Shown here piece after piece: positions 1 to 9,753 of a stretch of DNA of 53,636 bases (positions are counted from its first letter, which is position 1; every line of letters starts with the position of its first letter). Both the position numbers and the translations under genes were made by a program. Origin of the DNA: Promethearchaeota archaeon (GTDB lineage Archaea; Asgardarchaeota; Lokiarchaeia; Sigyniarchaeales; SOKP01). Location of the stretch: the NCBI GenBank assembly GCA_048939015.1, contig JBHLPW010000034.1, forward strand, positions 1 through 53,636, given 5' to 3'. The notes under the pieces were generated by a model. The model was not told where the DNA came from. It ran no database searches and saw only the letters and a list, made by a program, of their open reading frames with translations.

Positions 1-491
1 TTTTTAGGTTCTAACTTTCAATTTTACTATAAATTAATTAATAATTAGAATTAACATTCTTAGCAATTGGTGATGTGATATATATAATTTTCTTAATTTT
101 ACTATCCGTTCTGTGTGGTTCTGATGTAGAAATAATAATTTATTTATTTATTTTTCTTATACTTTTCCTTCTAGGTCTTATTTTTCTGTTAAAGAATTTT
201 CTTCAAAAATGGATATTAAACAGCTAACAGTAATCTATTCTATAGATATCCTATAATTAATTGGGAAAAATTATACCTATTTCTTTAAAAGTAAATTGAA
301 TCAAAATATATTATCATCTCATTTTTATTTCAACTCAAAATAGGATGGAGAATGTGGAGATTAATGGTTAAACAATTAGTTTAACCACTCCAACTATTCT
401 TTACAAATTACAAATTTAACCTTCTTTTTCATCCATATTAATTTTACATTTTATTAGAATGCGTTCTTCATATAAATTAGGAAATATATAA

Positions 492-872
492 AACAAAAAT
501 GAGAAATTAAAAGCTGGAATATATCATTATAATATTGAAAAACAAATGTTTGAATTGTTGAGAGAGGGAAATTTTCGGGCTGAAATTGCCAAAGCGTGTT
601 TAGATCAGCAAATAGCATATGATTCAGCTGTGAATCTTATGTGGACAGCAGTAATAGAAAGGTCTAAATGAAAATATCTACAAAGATGCTATCGTTATAT
701 CTATTTAGATGTAGGTCATATTGGACTAAATTTCTATTTGATTGCTGAGGCATTAGGATTAGAGACCTGTACAATAGGGGCAATTTATGACGATGAAATT
801 AATGATTTATTAAAACTTGATGACCTTGATGAAACCACTATCTATGTAGGGGTTGTTGGAATAAGAATTTAA
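492..872 (+). pseudogene. SagB/ThcOx-type nitroreductase pseudogene (C-terminal half only, in-frame TGA at 669-671)
   Basis: Manual translation [31 protein letters not shown]...[49 protein letters not shown]...YVGVVGIRI* aligns with the C-terminal half of 7652..8398. The stop replaces a Trp and the 5' half is missing. Confidence 0.9.
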
Positions 873-1675
873 TAAAAAAAGATCAAATCTACCGAAATTA
901 TAGCAGCAGCCGCCCCAAATGCGATTATTATAGTAGACCAGTTGAATTTTGAGGTATCTGTATGTGATATTCTGTCTAAGTATGGAAATATGGGTTTATA
1001 TATTGATGCGAACAATAGAGTGAGTCCAATTGTTGTTAATAAGGCAATCAATCTATTAGTAAGAACATCTGGATCGAAGATGAATACATATGTTACTGAA
1101 ATTATGAAGTATAGGGGAAATCCAGATAGTATAATTAGCAATTTCCAAAAAGAATTATGAGTAGAGATATTTTCTAATGGGAATAGTAGGAGGAGCATTA
1201 TAATCCCAGTAATCGTAAAAATAGCACCAATTATGCCTATTATTATAGGAGATACTCCACCCATGATAATTACTTGCCCCCAATCAGTTAATAGAGGGAG
1301 CTGTGCTAAACTCATAAAAATTGCCACACCTTCTGAGGTAAGTGCAGTTCCTCCACACATAAGTAGCGGCAATAGTTTTGGGTTACGTTTACGCCAAACT
1401 ACTAGAGTAATAATGCATGAACATAAAATATTAAAAAGTGGACCCATACAACCGGTAAATGCCATTACTTCTGGGAGGAGTGGTTCACCTGAAGCGTGTG
1501 ATAATGCAAAAGGGTGAACATATATTCTTATATTAGAAGCACCCACAATTGCGAGAGCAATAGCATGTCCTGTTTCATGTAATGTAAGTCCCAAGCAATA
1601 ACTAAAAGCATATGCCCCTAGTACTAATAACATTGATTTTAACGTAGAATTCTTAAATTTTGAGGGTTCAGACAT
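869..1675 (-). CDS. Membrane zinc metalloprotease-like protein (peptidase M50-like)
   Basis: HETGH (HExxH) in the first hydrophobic segment, GP motif (MGPL), TDW downstream, multiple TM helices. Confidence 0.7.
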   Translation of the reverse strand: MSEPSKFKNSTLKSMLLVLGAYAFSYCLGLTLHETGHAIALAIVGASNIRIYVHPFALSHASGEPLLPEVMAFTGCMGPLFNILCSCIITLVVWRKRNPKLLPLLMCGGTALTSEGVAIFMSLAQLPLLTDWGQVIIMGGVSPIIIGIIGAIFTITGIIMLLLLFPLENISTHNSFWKLLIILSGFPLYFIISVTYVFIFDPDVLTNRLIALLTTIGLTLLFASIYKPIFPYLDRISHTDTSKFNWSTIIIAFGAAAAIISVDLIFFY

Positions 1676-1806
1676 ATATTAAACTATTAAAGTATGATTA
1701 TTTATAACAAAAAAGGAGTCCAAAATTTGACATAAAAATATTATAAACGTAGAAAAGAGATTTGTAAAAAAATAATATAAAAATGTAAAAAATAGTAAAT
1801 TATTAA

Positions 1807-2208
1807 TTAAATTGAATCTAAGAAAGCAAGGAATATTTGTTTGGACACATCTGGTAAATCTTCAACGTATTTTTTTACTTTTTCAATGAATTCGTCCTTA
1901 GATTTGGCGTCTTTTAATACATAATTATCAATATCTCTAAATTTATTAGTGATTTTTTCATACGCATGAGTTAAAGAATCAAGATTCTTACTAATAGATA
2001 ATTTCCATTCTTGATCCATATAACTTTTATCCTTTTTGTCCTTATCTTTATCCTTTTCTTTTTTATCTTTGTCTTTCTTTTCCTTTTCTTTATCTTTCTC
2101 TTTTTCCTTCTCTTTTTCCTTTTCTTTTTCCTTCTTTTCTTTCTTCTCCTTCTCTTTATCTTTATCTTTTTTATCTTTCTCTTTTTCCTTCTCTTTTTCT
2201 TTTCCCAT
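1807..2208 (-). CDS. Hypothetical protein with N-terminal KE/KD low-complexity tract
   Basis: About 60 residues of mostly alternating K and E/D followed by a normal helical C-terminal domain; the opposite-strand ORFs are shadows. Confidence 0.7.
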   Translation of the reverse strand: MGKEKEKEKEKDKKDKDKEKEKKEKKEKEKEKEKEKEKDKEKEKKDKDKKEKDKDKDKKDKSYMDQEWKLSISKNLDSLTHAYEKITNKFRDIDNYVLKDAKSKDEFIEKVKKYVEDLPDVSKQIFLAFLDSI

Positions 2209-2707
2209 AAAAAGTCAACTACGTAATAAAGTGATTTAACTCAAATATAAAACTGAAGATATTTAAAATTTTTGAGATTTTCACTTAACACATAAAAAAG
2301 GATGTGAGATAATCATGAATATGCTTGCTTCAAATAGAGTTAAATTTAATAATTTTAATGTTAGCGTCATAATATAATTATATTTTATCAAATAGGAATT
2401 TGAAAATAAATAAAATTGAGTAAATTCTGATAAGAGAATTTAGTTGAATTAAGCAAATGAAATGTTTCAAGGAATTAATACATATAAAGGATTTGATGAA
2501 GAAGATTGCATTGGGATAGAACAATAGAATACCATTTCACTTTTCCCTCAATTAGTCCATGATTACAGAGTACAAAGTTTGCATTTATACTGTTTTATTA
2601 GATTAAATTATAATTATTATTAGATATATATTCGAAAAAATGAGAAATTTATATGCTGAGATTTTCATATTAAATCTTAGACTAATAGAAAATAAGTGTA
2701 GAAGAAC

Positions 2708-3502
2708 ATGATTGTTATACTATCACATTTTCATACTAAAATAGGTCCCTCTATCTTTTATTCCTTTCCACAATCTCAGATAGACTCAGAAATTTTAGAA
2801 AGAATATGTGACGTTATGGATCAACCAAATAAAGAAGAATTTCTAATCCAAACATTCGAAAATGTAAAATTATTGAATTATTATTTTCAAGTAGAATCAG
2901 ATTGGGCTCGAGGTAAAGAAGAAATGGTAATGGTTTCAATTTTGATAAACCAGCAAATTTCTCCTGAGATTGAACAGACGATTTCCCAATTAAGCAAAAA
3001 ATTCTCAGAGAAGATGCAATCGAATGAAGAAATTTTTACAGGATTCCATATAAAGGAACTTGATAATTTTAATGAAAGTGATAGAAATGCTATAATAAAA
3101 AACGATTCTATAATTAAGGAAGAAGTCCAAGATTTATATTGGGAAATACTGGAGGACACAAGGAAGAAGTCAGAAGAAGAAAAAATTACATTGTTATTAA
3201 ATGACCGTTATATTTTTGAATCCTTAGAGGAAATGTCAAGAGAGGTAAAAACAATAAGTAGGGAGATTAGTTTAGAAAAGGGGTCACTAAAAGAGAATTC
3301 TAATGTACACAATGCAATTTCAAATTTAAATCGAATAATTGATGATTTATATGAAGGATATATGGAAAAAATGACAGGGCTGGATATTGAGGATGAAAAT
3401 GGTTTTTTAGTTGCTGATGAAGGATTAGATGTTGATATTCAAAGAAGTAAGGAAGAATTAATGCGACTTTTAGAAGGAGAAGTTTCTAGGAAAAAAGAAT
3501 AA
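2708..3502 (+). CDS. uDENN/longin-like domain protein with acidic helical C-terminus
   Basis: N-terminal ILSHFHTKIGPSIFYSFP matches the hhhxxF-xxxGP-h start typical of uDENN/longin domains; ARG followed by a hydrophobic strand. Confidence 0.6.
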   Translation: MIVILSHFHTKIGPSIFYSFPQSQIDSEILERICDVMDQPNKEEFLIQTFENVKLLNYYFQVESDWARGKEEMVMVSILINQQISPEIEQTISQLSKKFSEKMQSNEEIFTGFHIKELDNFNESDRNAIIKNDSIIKEEVQDLYWEILEDTRKKSEEEKITLLLNDRYIFESLEEMSREVKTISREISLEKGSLKENSNVHNAISNLNRIIDDLYEGYMEKMTGLDIEDENGFLVADEGLDVDIQRSKEELMRLLEGEVSRKKE

Positions 3503-3514
3503 AATAGTGGAATA

Positions 3515-4219
3515 CTAAATTCTCTTAAATTCTTCTAAATTATCTGGTGGCCATGCTCGAGGTGTATTGTCCTCTTTTATATACCTAAAATCACATAATG
3601 GAGCGCCATTTCCAATTGTCTGAGTACGTTTTAAACCATACCCATACTCTCGAGCTTTAGCATAATCGGCGATACATACTATTGGCATAAAATGTTCTGC
3701 TCCTTGACTTTTATATAATTTATATACACCACATTCAGTATAATCTACTCCAAATGTAAAAGTTTTAGTATCACCTTCAACAAAATCAAATACCCAATCA
3801 CCTGGATATTTGCGTAATTTGGAAGTTTTTGCATGTTCTTTTTCTCTTTTAAAATATTCTTCTGAAAAAATATCTTCCATCTGGGGTATCATCTTATAGA
3901 AAGTTTCAAATAATTCATAAGTTAATTTACCGATCTCATTGAAATCAAGCCCTTCCTTTTCGAAGATTTTAAGGAGTGGTAAGAGGAATGCAGCATTGAT
4001 TAGTTCATTAGTTAAACGATTACCATTACCTCCTATATAAGGAATTTTGGGGAGAAGTGCTTCAAATTGCTTATTTGCTTGATTAGAAATTTCCTTAGAT
4101 TTTTCTTCCCCGAATTTATCTACAAGTATTTGCGATGATAACTTAATTACCGCATCAAAAGTCCTCATCAAGGTTCTTTTTTTCTTAATATAATAATTGA
4201 TTTCTTCTTTATCAGTCAT
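3515..4219 (-). CDS. L-2-amino-thiazoline-4-carboxylic acid hydrolase (ATC hydrolase) family protein
   Basis: EC..., CIAD, RTQTIGNGAPLCDFRY pattern. Confidence 0.8.
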   Translation of the reverse strand: MTDKEEINYYIKKKRTLMRTFDAVIKLSSQILVDKFGEEKSKEISNQANKQFEALLPKIPYIGGNGNRLTNELINAAFLLPLLKIFEKEGLDFNEIGKLTYELFETFYKMIPQMEDIFSEEYFKREKEHAKTSKLRKYPGDWVFDFVEGDTKTFTFGVDYTECGVYKLYKSQGAEHFMPIVCIADYAKAREYGYGLKRTQTIGNGAPLCDFRYIKEDNTPRAWPPDNLEEFKRI

Positions 4220-4309
4220 TTTTATTTTGAACCTTAAAAATATATTAAATTTATTGAATATGGTTTGAAATAAAAATGGATTAATAAATTTTAATAAAAA
4301 AAAAAAAAT

Positions 4310-4846
4310 TTATGCGAAACCAAAGCCAACAAATATAATTATGCCCATAGTAAGACACATAAATCCATAAATATAATAGGCCCGGAGGTATTTATCACTG
4401 AGGAACATTATATCAGTCATGTACCAACTCACACATCCTCCAATACCCCAGATAATTATATCAGTTATTATATTTGCTGGACCATCGGGTCTCACTTTCA
4501 TACCTGCAAGAAGAAGTAACGTGTTCTCTATAAGTTCCCAAATGCCTGCAATTATAAAAATAATTACCCAATAAAGAACAAAACTTTTAAATTCTGGTTC
4601 ATTAATCGGATCAGTTGCAGTACCAGTTCTATTTTTCCATATCCACCCAATGGTGAAAGCAACAACAAATAACGCAACACCCCAGAGGAAGTGTGCAATT
4701 GTCCAAAAATCAAATGATGCAATCGAGAGTTCTAATTCATTGGTGGCTACTACAGGAACATTAAATAGTGCTGCTATTATGGCAGTTAATATCAATGCTA
4801 TGAATAATCCCAGCATTATTAATAGAGGTATATTTCTTTTTTCCAT
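4310..4846 (-). CDS. Membrane protein (DUF2585-like, possible metal-binding H/E/D residues)
   Basis: DFWTIAHFLWG, WELIEN, NIITD motifs in TM segments. Confidence 0.6.
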   Translation of the reverse strand: MEKRNIPLLIMLGLFIALILTAIIAALFNVPVVATNELELSIASFDFWTIAHFLWGVALFVVAFTIGWIWKNRTGTATDPINEPEFKSFVLYWVIIFIIAGIWELIENTLLLLAGMKVRPDGPANIITDIIIWGIGGCVSWYMTDIMFLSDKYLRAYYIYGFMCLTMGIIIFVGFGFA

Positions 4847-4995
4847 AATTAAAACCGTCTAATTATTTTTATTTGATTAGAATTTCAATTTTAGTAATAT
4901 CGAATAAGATACCTTAAAATATATAACTTAAGTTTTTTAAGATAATCAAATCGTTGGAAAAGGAATGAATAAAATTAATAATTAAAAATAGATTT

Positions 4996-5475
4996 TTATA
5001 AGAACGGGTTATATTGACTATTTCTCTTTTCTACATATTGCTGATGGTATTCTTCAGCTTCCCAAAAGTCTGAAGCAGGAACTATTTGGGTTACTATTGG
5101 TCTTTTAAAACGTTTAGATGCTTCTATTTTAGCTTTAGACATCTCTGCTTTTTGCTTTTGCTCTAAATCTACATAAAAAATTGCTGAACGATATTGTGAG
5201 CCTAGATCAGGTCCTTGTCGATTTAATGTAGTTGGATCATGAATAGACCAGAATACATCTAATAGAACATCATATGATATTTTAGATGGATCATATGTAA
5301 CTTCTACAGCTTCAGCATGGCCTGTTTTATGAGAACATACTTCTTTATAAGTTGGATTTGAAAAAGAGCCACCGATGTATCCTACGCGTGTTGAGATAAT
5401 CCCGTCTAATTTACGAAAATTAGCTTCTACACCCCAAAAACAACCAGCAGCAAAAATTGCTTTTTGAAGATTCAT
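4996..5475 (-). CDS. msrA: Peptide-methionine (S)-S-oxide reductase
   Basis: GCFWG active site, GHAEAV, HDPT, QYRSAIF, AEEYHQQY. Confidence 0.97.
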   Translation of the reverse strand: MNLQKAIFAAGCFWGVEANFRKLDGIISTRVGYIGGSFSNPTYKEVCSHKTGHAEAVEVTYDPSKISYDVLLDVFWSIHDPTTLNRQGPDLGSQYRSAIFYVDLEQKQKAEMSKAKIEASKRFKRPIVTQIVPASDFWEAEEYHQQYVEKRNSQYNPFL

Positions 5476-5626
5476 ATGTTTACTAGAAAAATAAGAAAGT
5501 TAAACGTAGGGCTAATTTTCTATAAATTTAAGGTTATAATCAAATTTTTTTTATAAGTAAGAAGCTGTAAAGCTTTTCAAGAGTATAAGGCGTGCATTAT
5601 AATATTCACAATTATTTGTTAATTGT

Positions 5627-6016
5627 ATGGAATCAAAAATAACTGAAGATAAATGGAAAAAAAAGTTAATGAAAGAGCAGTATAAAGTTCTCCGTGAAAA
5701 AGGAACTGAAACGCCATTCACAGGAAAGTATGTAAATCATCATGAAAATGGTATATATAAATGTGCAGGATGTGGTGCTCCTTTATTCTCCTCTGATGAT
5801 AAATTCAATTCTGGAACTGGATGGCCCAGTTTTTATGAACCTATGAATAAAGATGATATAGAAGAAAAAAGAGACACTAGTCATGGTATGATTCGCACCG
5901 AAATACTATGTAAAAAATGTGGCGGACATCTTGGGCATGTTTTTGATGATGTTCCAAAAAATAAAGGATGTCGCTATTGTGTCAATTCGATTTCTTTAGA
6001 CTTTGAGAAGAAATAA
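5627..6016 (+). CDS. msrB: Peptide-methionine (R)-S-oxide reductase
   Basis: GTE.PF, CxxC pairs, [21 protein letters not shown]; divergent from msrA. Confidence 0.97.
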   Translation: MESKITEDKWKKKLMKEQYKVLREKGTETPFTGKYVNHHENGIYKCAGCGAPLFSSDDKFNSGTGWPSFYEPMNKDDIEEKRDTSHGMIRTEILCKKCGGHLGHVFDDVPKNKGCRYCVNSISLDFEKK

Positions 6017-6037
6017 TTATGTATTAATATTATTGTA

Positions 6038-6604
6038 ATGATGCTTGAACAGATAAAAGAAAAGCTGGGAGAAAAATTTCGTCGTGATGCCGATTTCTTA
6101 GACTTAATAATAGATGATCTAAAATTAGATAAAAAATCAAAAATCTTAGATGTTGGTACTGGTTGGGGTTTTATGGCAATCACTCTTGCCCTTCATGATT
6201 ATGAAGTTATTACCGGTGAACCTGAAGGTGCGAAATGGGCAGATTGGAGATCAAGAGCCGAATTAGTTAATGTAGAGGATAAAATAACTTTTAAATCATT
6301 TAATGCAGAGAATTTACCATTTGGAGATGCATCCTTTGATGCTGTATTTCTTTATACTTCGCTCCATCATATTAGTAATAAATCCCGTGCTATAAGTGAG
6401 ATATTACGCGTCCTGAAGTATGATGGTTATTTATTAATAATTGAATTAACAGAAGAGGGCGTTGAAAAAATAAAAGCGAGACACATTTCTCATCCTAATG
6501 CCATTGATCCAAGAGAATTTACGAAAAAATTTAATCTTGAAGCAAAATTAATACATAGTAAGTTTCTTAATGCTTATATTTATAGAAATAAGGTTATAAT
6601 GTAA
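6038..6604 (+). CDS. Class I SAM-dependent methyltransferase
   Basis: ILDVGTGWG motif I, LPF.D.SFD, LHH, RVLK..G. Confidence 0.9.
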   Translation: MMLEQIKEKLGEKFRRDADFLDLIIDDLKLDKKSKILDVGTGWGFMAITLALHDYEVITGEPEGAKWADWRSRAELVNVEDKITFKSFNAENLPFGDASFDAVFLYTSLHHISNKSRAISEILRVLKYDGYLLIIELTEEGVEKIKARHISHPNAIDPREFTKKFNLEAKLIHSKFLNAYIYRNKVIM

Positions 6605-6677
6605 CAATTTCCTTTTAATAGATCGACTAGATTTCCTCTTCTTTTAATGGTAAAACACGACTACTTTACATTTTCAC

Positions 6678-6959
6678 TTAATTTGTATTCCATTCTGAAA
6701 AACCTAAAATACTTCCACATAATGGGCAATACCACATCTTTTTTCTTTTAGTGTATTCACCCTTAAATCCTCTGAATTTTTTACGTCCTTTTTTATCTAT
6801 CTCAGTCGCATAGAAATCATTGATGTGAAGTTCTTTTTTACAATATGGGCATTTTGGTTTTACATGAGAAGTAGAATTGAAATCATATTTACAACTGGGG
6901 CATATTTGTTGATTAAGATCAAGATCTAATCCACATTTCCAACAACCTTTAAGAAACAT
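6678..6959 (-). CDS. Small double zinc-ribbon protein
   Basis: Four CxxC motifs (CWKC, CPSC, CPYC, CPLC). Confidence 0.7.
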   Translation of the reverse strand: MFLKGCWKCGLDLDLNQQICPSCKYDFNSTSHVKPKCPYCKKELHINDFYATEIDKKGRKKFRGFKGEYTKRKKMWYCPLCGSILGFSEWNTN

Positions 6960-7147
6960 GAGTTATCAAATTTAATTATTTAAGTTTTGAATTGTTATTT
7001 GTTATGATTAAGAATATAGCTTTTAGGACTTATATAGATTTCAATTGGTTTAGTTCCATAGTTTAGATTCTTAAATTTGTATAGATTTTTTAATGTTAAA
7101 AGTTTTTAATTTTAATGATTGAATATATATAAAACAAAGAAAAAATT

Positions 7148-7543
7148 ATGTCTGACGAAGAACTTCGAGATCAAATCAATAAAATAGCAATAGAAATTGA
7201 AAGTGTTGAAGAAACTGCAAAAAAAAAAGAAGAATATGTACGAAGTAGGATTAGTGAGGAATTTGATCCAAAAATTCAAGAAGTTGAATCCAAGTTGCAA
7301 AGAGAACAATCAATACTTGATGAAATACTAAAAAGTCTTGAAGAGTTAGAAGCAAATAAGAAAAATATGATACCTGTTATCAAAGAATTAGAACAAAAAT
7401 TAAATGATTTGAAAAAGGAAAAGGAAAAATACATTACTGAACAATGTAAAGCAATTTCTAAGGAAAAGAAATTAAAAACTAAAGAGATTGATAGAAACAT
7501 TAAGCTACTCGAAAAAGAGTTAAAACAAGGAGATAAAAATTAA
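7148..7543 (+). CDS. Coiled-coil protein (paralog of 17679..18014)
   Basis: E/K-rich heptads; EE.AKKKE.Y...EF.PKI.E.ES.L shared with 17679..18014. Confidence 0.75.
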   Translation: MSDEELRDQINKIAIEIESVEETAKKKEEYVRSRISEEFDPKIQEVESKLQREQSILDEILKSLEELEANKKNMIPVIKELEQKLNDLKKEKEKYITEQCKAISKEKKLKTKEIDRNIKLLEKELKQGDKN

Positions 7544-7651
7544 CTTTTCTATATTACCTGTTCTTGGAGGTTAATTCTATAATATGACTTCTTTTATTGA
7601 CTTTTAAAATATTAATTTAAACCTTTTATGCTTTATTGATCTAATTCTCGT

Positions 7652-8398
7652 ATGAATAATCAATTCGAGAAATATGGAGATAATTTTCAGCAAAAATCTA
7701 AATATATTAGAAACCATCTACCACATCATCAATTGGATTGGTCAAAAAAGCCAGAATCTTTTAAAACATATCCAAATGTAAAAAAGACCCTTAAATTACC
7801 TGATCCTGAATTTGAAAAAGAAATCAGTTTCTGGCAAGTAATATTAAATAGACAGTCTATACGTAAGTTTAAAAATGAACCAATAACTCTCATGGAACTC
7901 AGTCTATTAATGATTGGAATGACTGGTTTAACCCGTATTTATCCTCAAGTTGCATTCAGGACAGTACCCTCAGCAGGAGGGTTATACCCAATTGAAACCT
8001 ATCCTGTAATTAATAATGTTGAGAATATAGAACAAGGGATATATCATTATAACATTGCTGAACATAGCTTAGAATCATTAAAGGAGGGAGATTTTAGAGG
8101 TGATATTGCGAAAGCGTGTTTAGATCAAGTTATGGCTTTTAATTCAGCTATTAATTTCATATGGACAGCAATGATAGAAAGATCAGAATGGAAGTATCTC
8201 CAAAGATGCTATCGATATATCTATATGGATGCAGGTCATATTGGTCAAAACTTCTACTTAATTGCTGAAGCCTTGGGTCTTGGTGCATGCACTATTGGTG
8301 CTATATACGATGATGAACTTAATAATCTGTTAGATATTGATGGTTTTCATGAAACAGCAGTATATGTTGGAGTTATTGGAAAAAAAGTAGGAAATTAA
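7652..8398 (+). CDS. SagB/ThcOx family nitroreductase-like dehydrogenase
   Basis: [40 protein letters not shown].IGA. Confidence 0.9.
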   Translation: [248 protein letters not shown]

Positions 8399-8484
8399 GA
8401 AAGAAAGATTAAATCTATTGAATGTTTCGATAGTATTGCTTCAAGCGCGATCATAATAGCAGCCTAACTAACTTTTGATGTTTC
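8395..8484 (-). pseudogene. 3' remnant of an M50-like membrane protein gene (paralog of 869..1675)
   Basis: Reverse strand reads ETSKVS*AAIMIALEAILSKHSIDLIFLS* versus DTSKFNWSTIIIAFGAAAAIISVDLIFFY* at the end of 869..1675; same TTAA stop overlap with the nitroreductase. Confidence 0.75.
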
Positions 8485-8530
8485 TAATTTTATAAAACAA
8501 TTTTAAAACTAAAATATTATAATTACTATT

Positions 8531-9007
8531 ATGAATAATTTAGAAAATGAAGTTCGAAGCATTTTAAGGAAGAAAAATTGGTTAGTTTTGGGTACTGTAG
8601 ATGAGAAAAATAACCCTCATAGTTCTGTAGTTGTCTATCAAAGTGATGGTAATGTGATTTATTGCACAACAGGAAAAGATACATTGAAGGCAAGAAATAT
8701 CAGGCACAATAGTAAGGTTTCTGTAACCCTACCATTTAGGAAAAATTTTTTCCATAAAATAATACCTGCCCCTCCTGCGGAATTACATTTCACAGCGGAA
8801 GCAGAAATTAGACCTTTCGAAGATGAACAAGCAAGAAAAATATTTGCAAAATATCTAAAGTATAATGAAAATGTAGAAAATCAGGAGGAAAGTATTTGGA
8901 TAAAAATTACACCTTCTAGGAAAATTTCGACTTATGGAGTTGGTGTAAAATTATTAAAGATGAGAAATCCAGAGAAGGCGAGAAACCTTGTTGAACTACA
9001 ATCGTAA
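8531..9007 (+). CDS. Pyridoxamine 5'-phosphate oxidase-like FMN-binding split-barrel protein
   Basis: VLGTVD...PH, IYCTT...KARNI..N.KVSV. Confidence 0.85.
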   Translation: MNNLENEVRSILRKKNWLVLGTVDEKNNPHSSVVVYQSDGNVIYCTTGKDTLKARNIRHNSKVSVTLPFRKNFFHKIIPAPPAELHFTAEAEIRPFEDEQARKIFAKYLKYNENVENQEESIWIKITPSRKISTYGVGVKLLKMRNPEKARNLVELQS

Positions 9008-9372
9008 AATTAAATCTTTGATTTATTTTTTTTAACTGATTTCTCACAAAAAATTAAGGATCATATGTAATATATAGACACAATAAAATATTTATAAGAT
9101 GTTCCAAAATTAAAAAGAAATTGCTTAATTCTTAGATTTCTTCTATTATGCTAATATTCCTAGTGTATATTAATAATTAATTTATCTTTAACGTTAGAAT
9201 TTATGAAGATTGATTAGAAAAAAAGCTACAAAGGCTTTAGATAAAGTATTATGTAAAATAAAGTCATAGTTGAATCTTTGAGGTACTAAAAAGGAAATCT
9301 TTAAAAATAAATTAAACAAATTTAACAATAATATAAAATTATGTTAAAAAACTTTAAGGAGACGTAATAAAA

Positions 9373-9471
9373 ATGGCAAAAAAAGCTGCACCAAAAAAGA
9401 AAGCTCCAGCTAAAAAGAAAGCACCAGCTAAAAAGAAAGCACCAAAAAAGAAAGGACCTGCAAAAAAATAA
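9373..9471 (+). CDS. 32-aa Lys/Ala/Pro-rich peptide, histone H1-tail/HC2-like (MAKKAAPKKKAPAKKKAPAKKKAPKKKGPAKK)
   Basis: Absent from the ORF track (too short). AAGGAGA at 9356-9362, synonymous codon variation between repeats, T-rich tracts downstream, sits alone in a ~750-nt gap. Confidence 0.75.
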   Translation: MAKKAAPKKKAPAKKKAPAKKKAPKKKGPAKK

Positions 9472-9753
9472 TTAAAATAATCAAAATAATAAAAATAATA
9501 AAAATCGAACATTTTTTTTACTCTCTATTTTTTTTAATAGAATCTTTAATAAACATAAGCTAATAAATCATTGATTTTTATTTTGTAGAAATATACATAG
9601 TTCTATTGTACTATTAATAATACAGAAAAAAAAATTGTCATCAGGCTAATAATTGTATTTTGTTTTTGATAAAAAATAACTTGAAACATAAAAATTAAAA
9701 ATAAATTCTATTATATTAAGGAAAACAAAGATAAAATCAATCATTAAAGACTT

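Noticed and set aside
669-671. In-frame TGA as selenocysteine or a recoded Trp
   Set aside because: It aligns to Trp, not Cys, in the intact paralog; the gene lacks its 5' half; TGA serves as a normal stop elsewhere (e.g. 10422, 28436, 51621)
2011-2239. Phe/Ser-rich + strand ORFs
   Set aside because: Antisense shadows of the KE/KD tract
2462-2600. Possible gene remnant (MFQGINTYKGFDEEDCIGIEQ*)
   Set aside because: Too short and no recognisable homology
7652-9471. RiPP (azole peptide) cluster from the SagB-like enzyme and the small peptide
   Set aside because: No YcaO cyclodehydratase, and the peptide has no Cys/Ser/Thr
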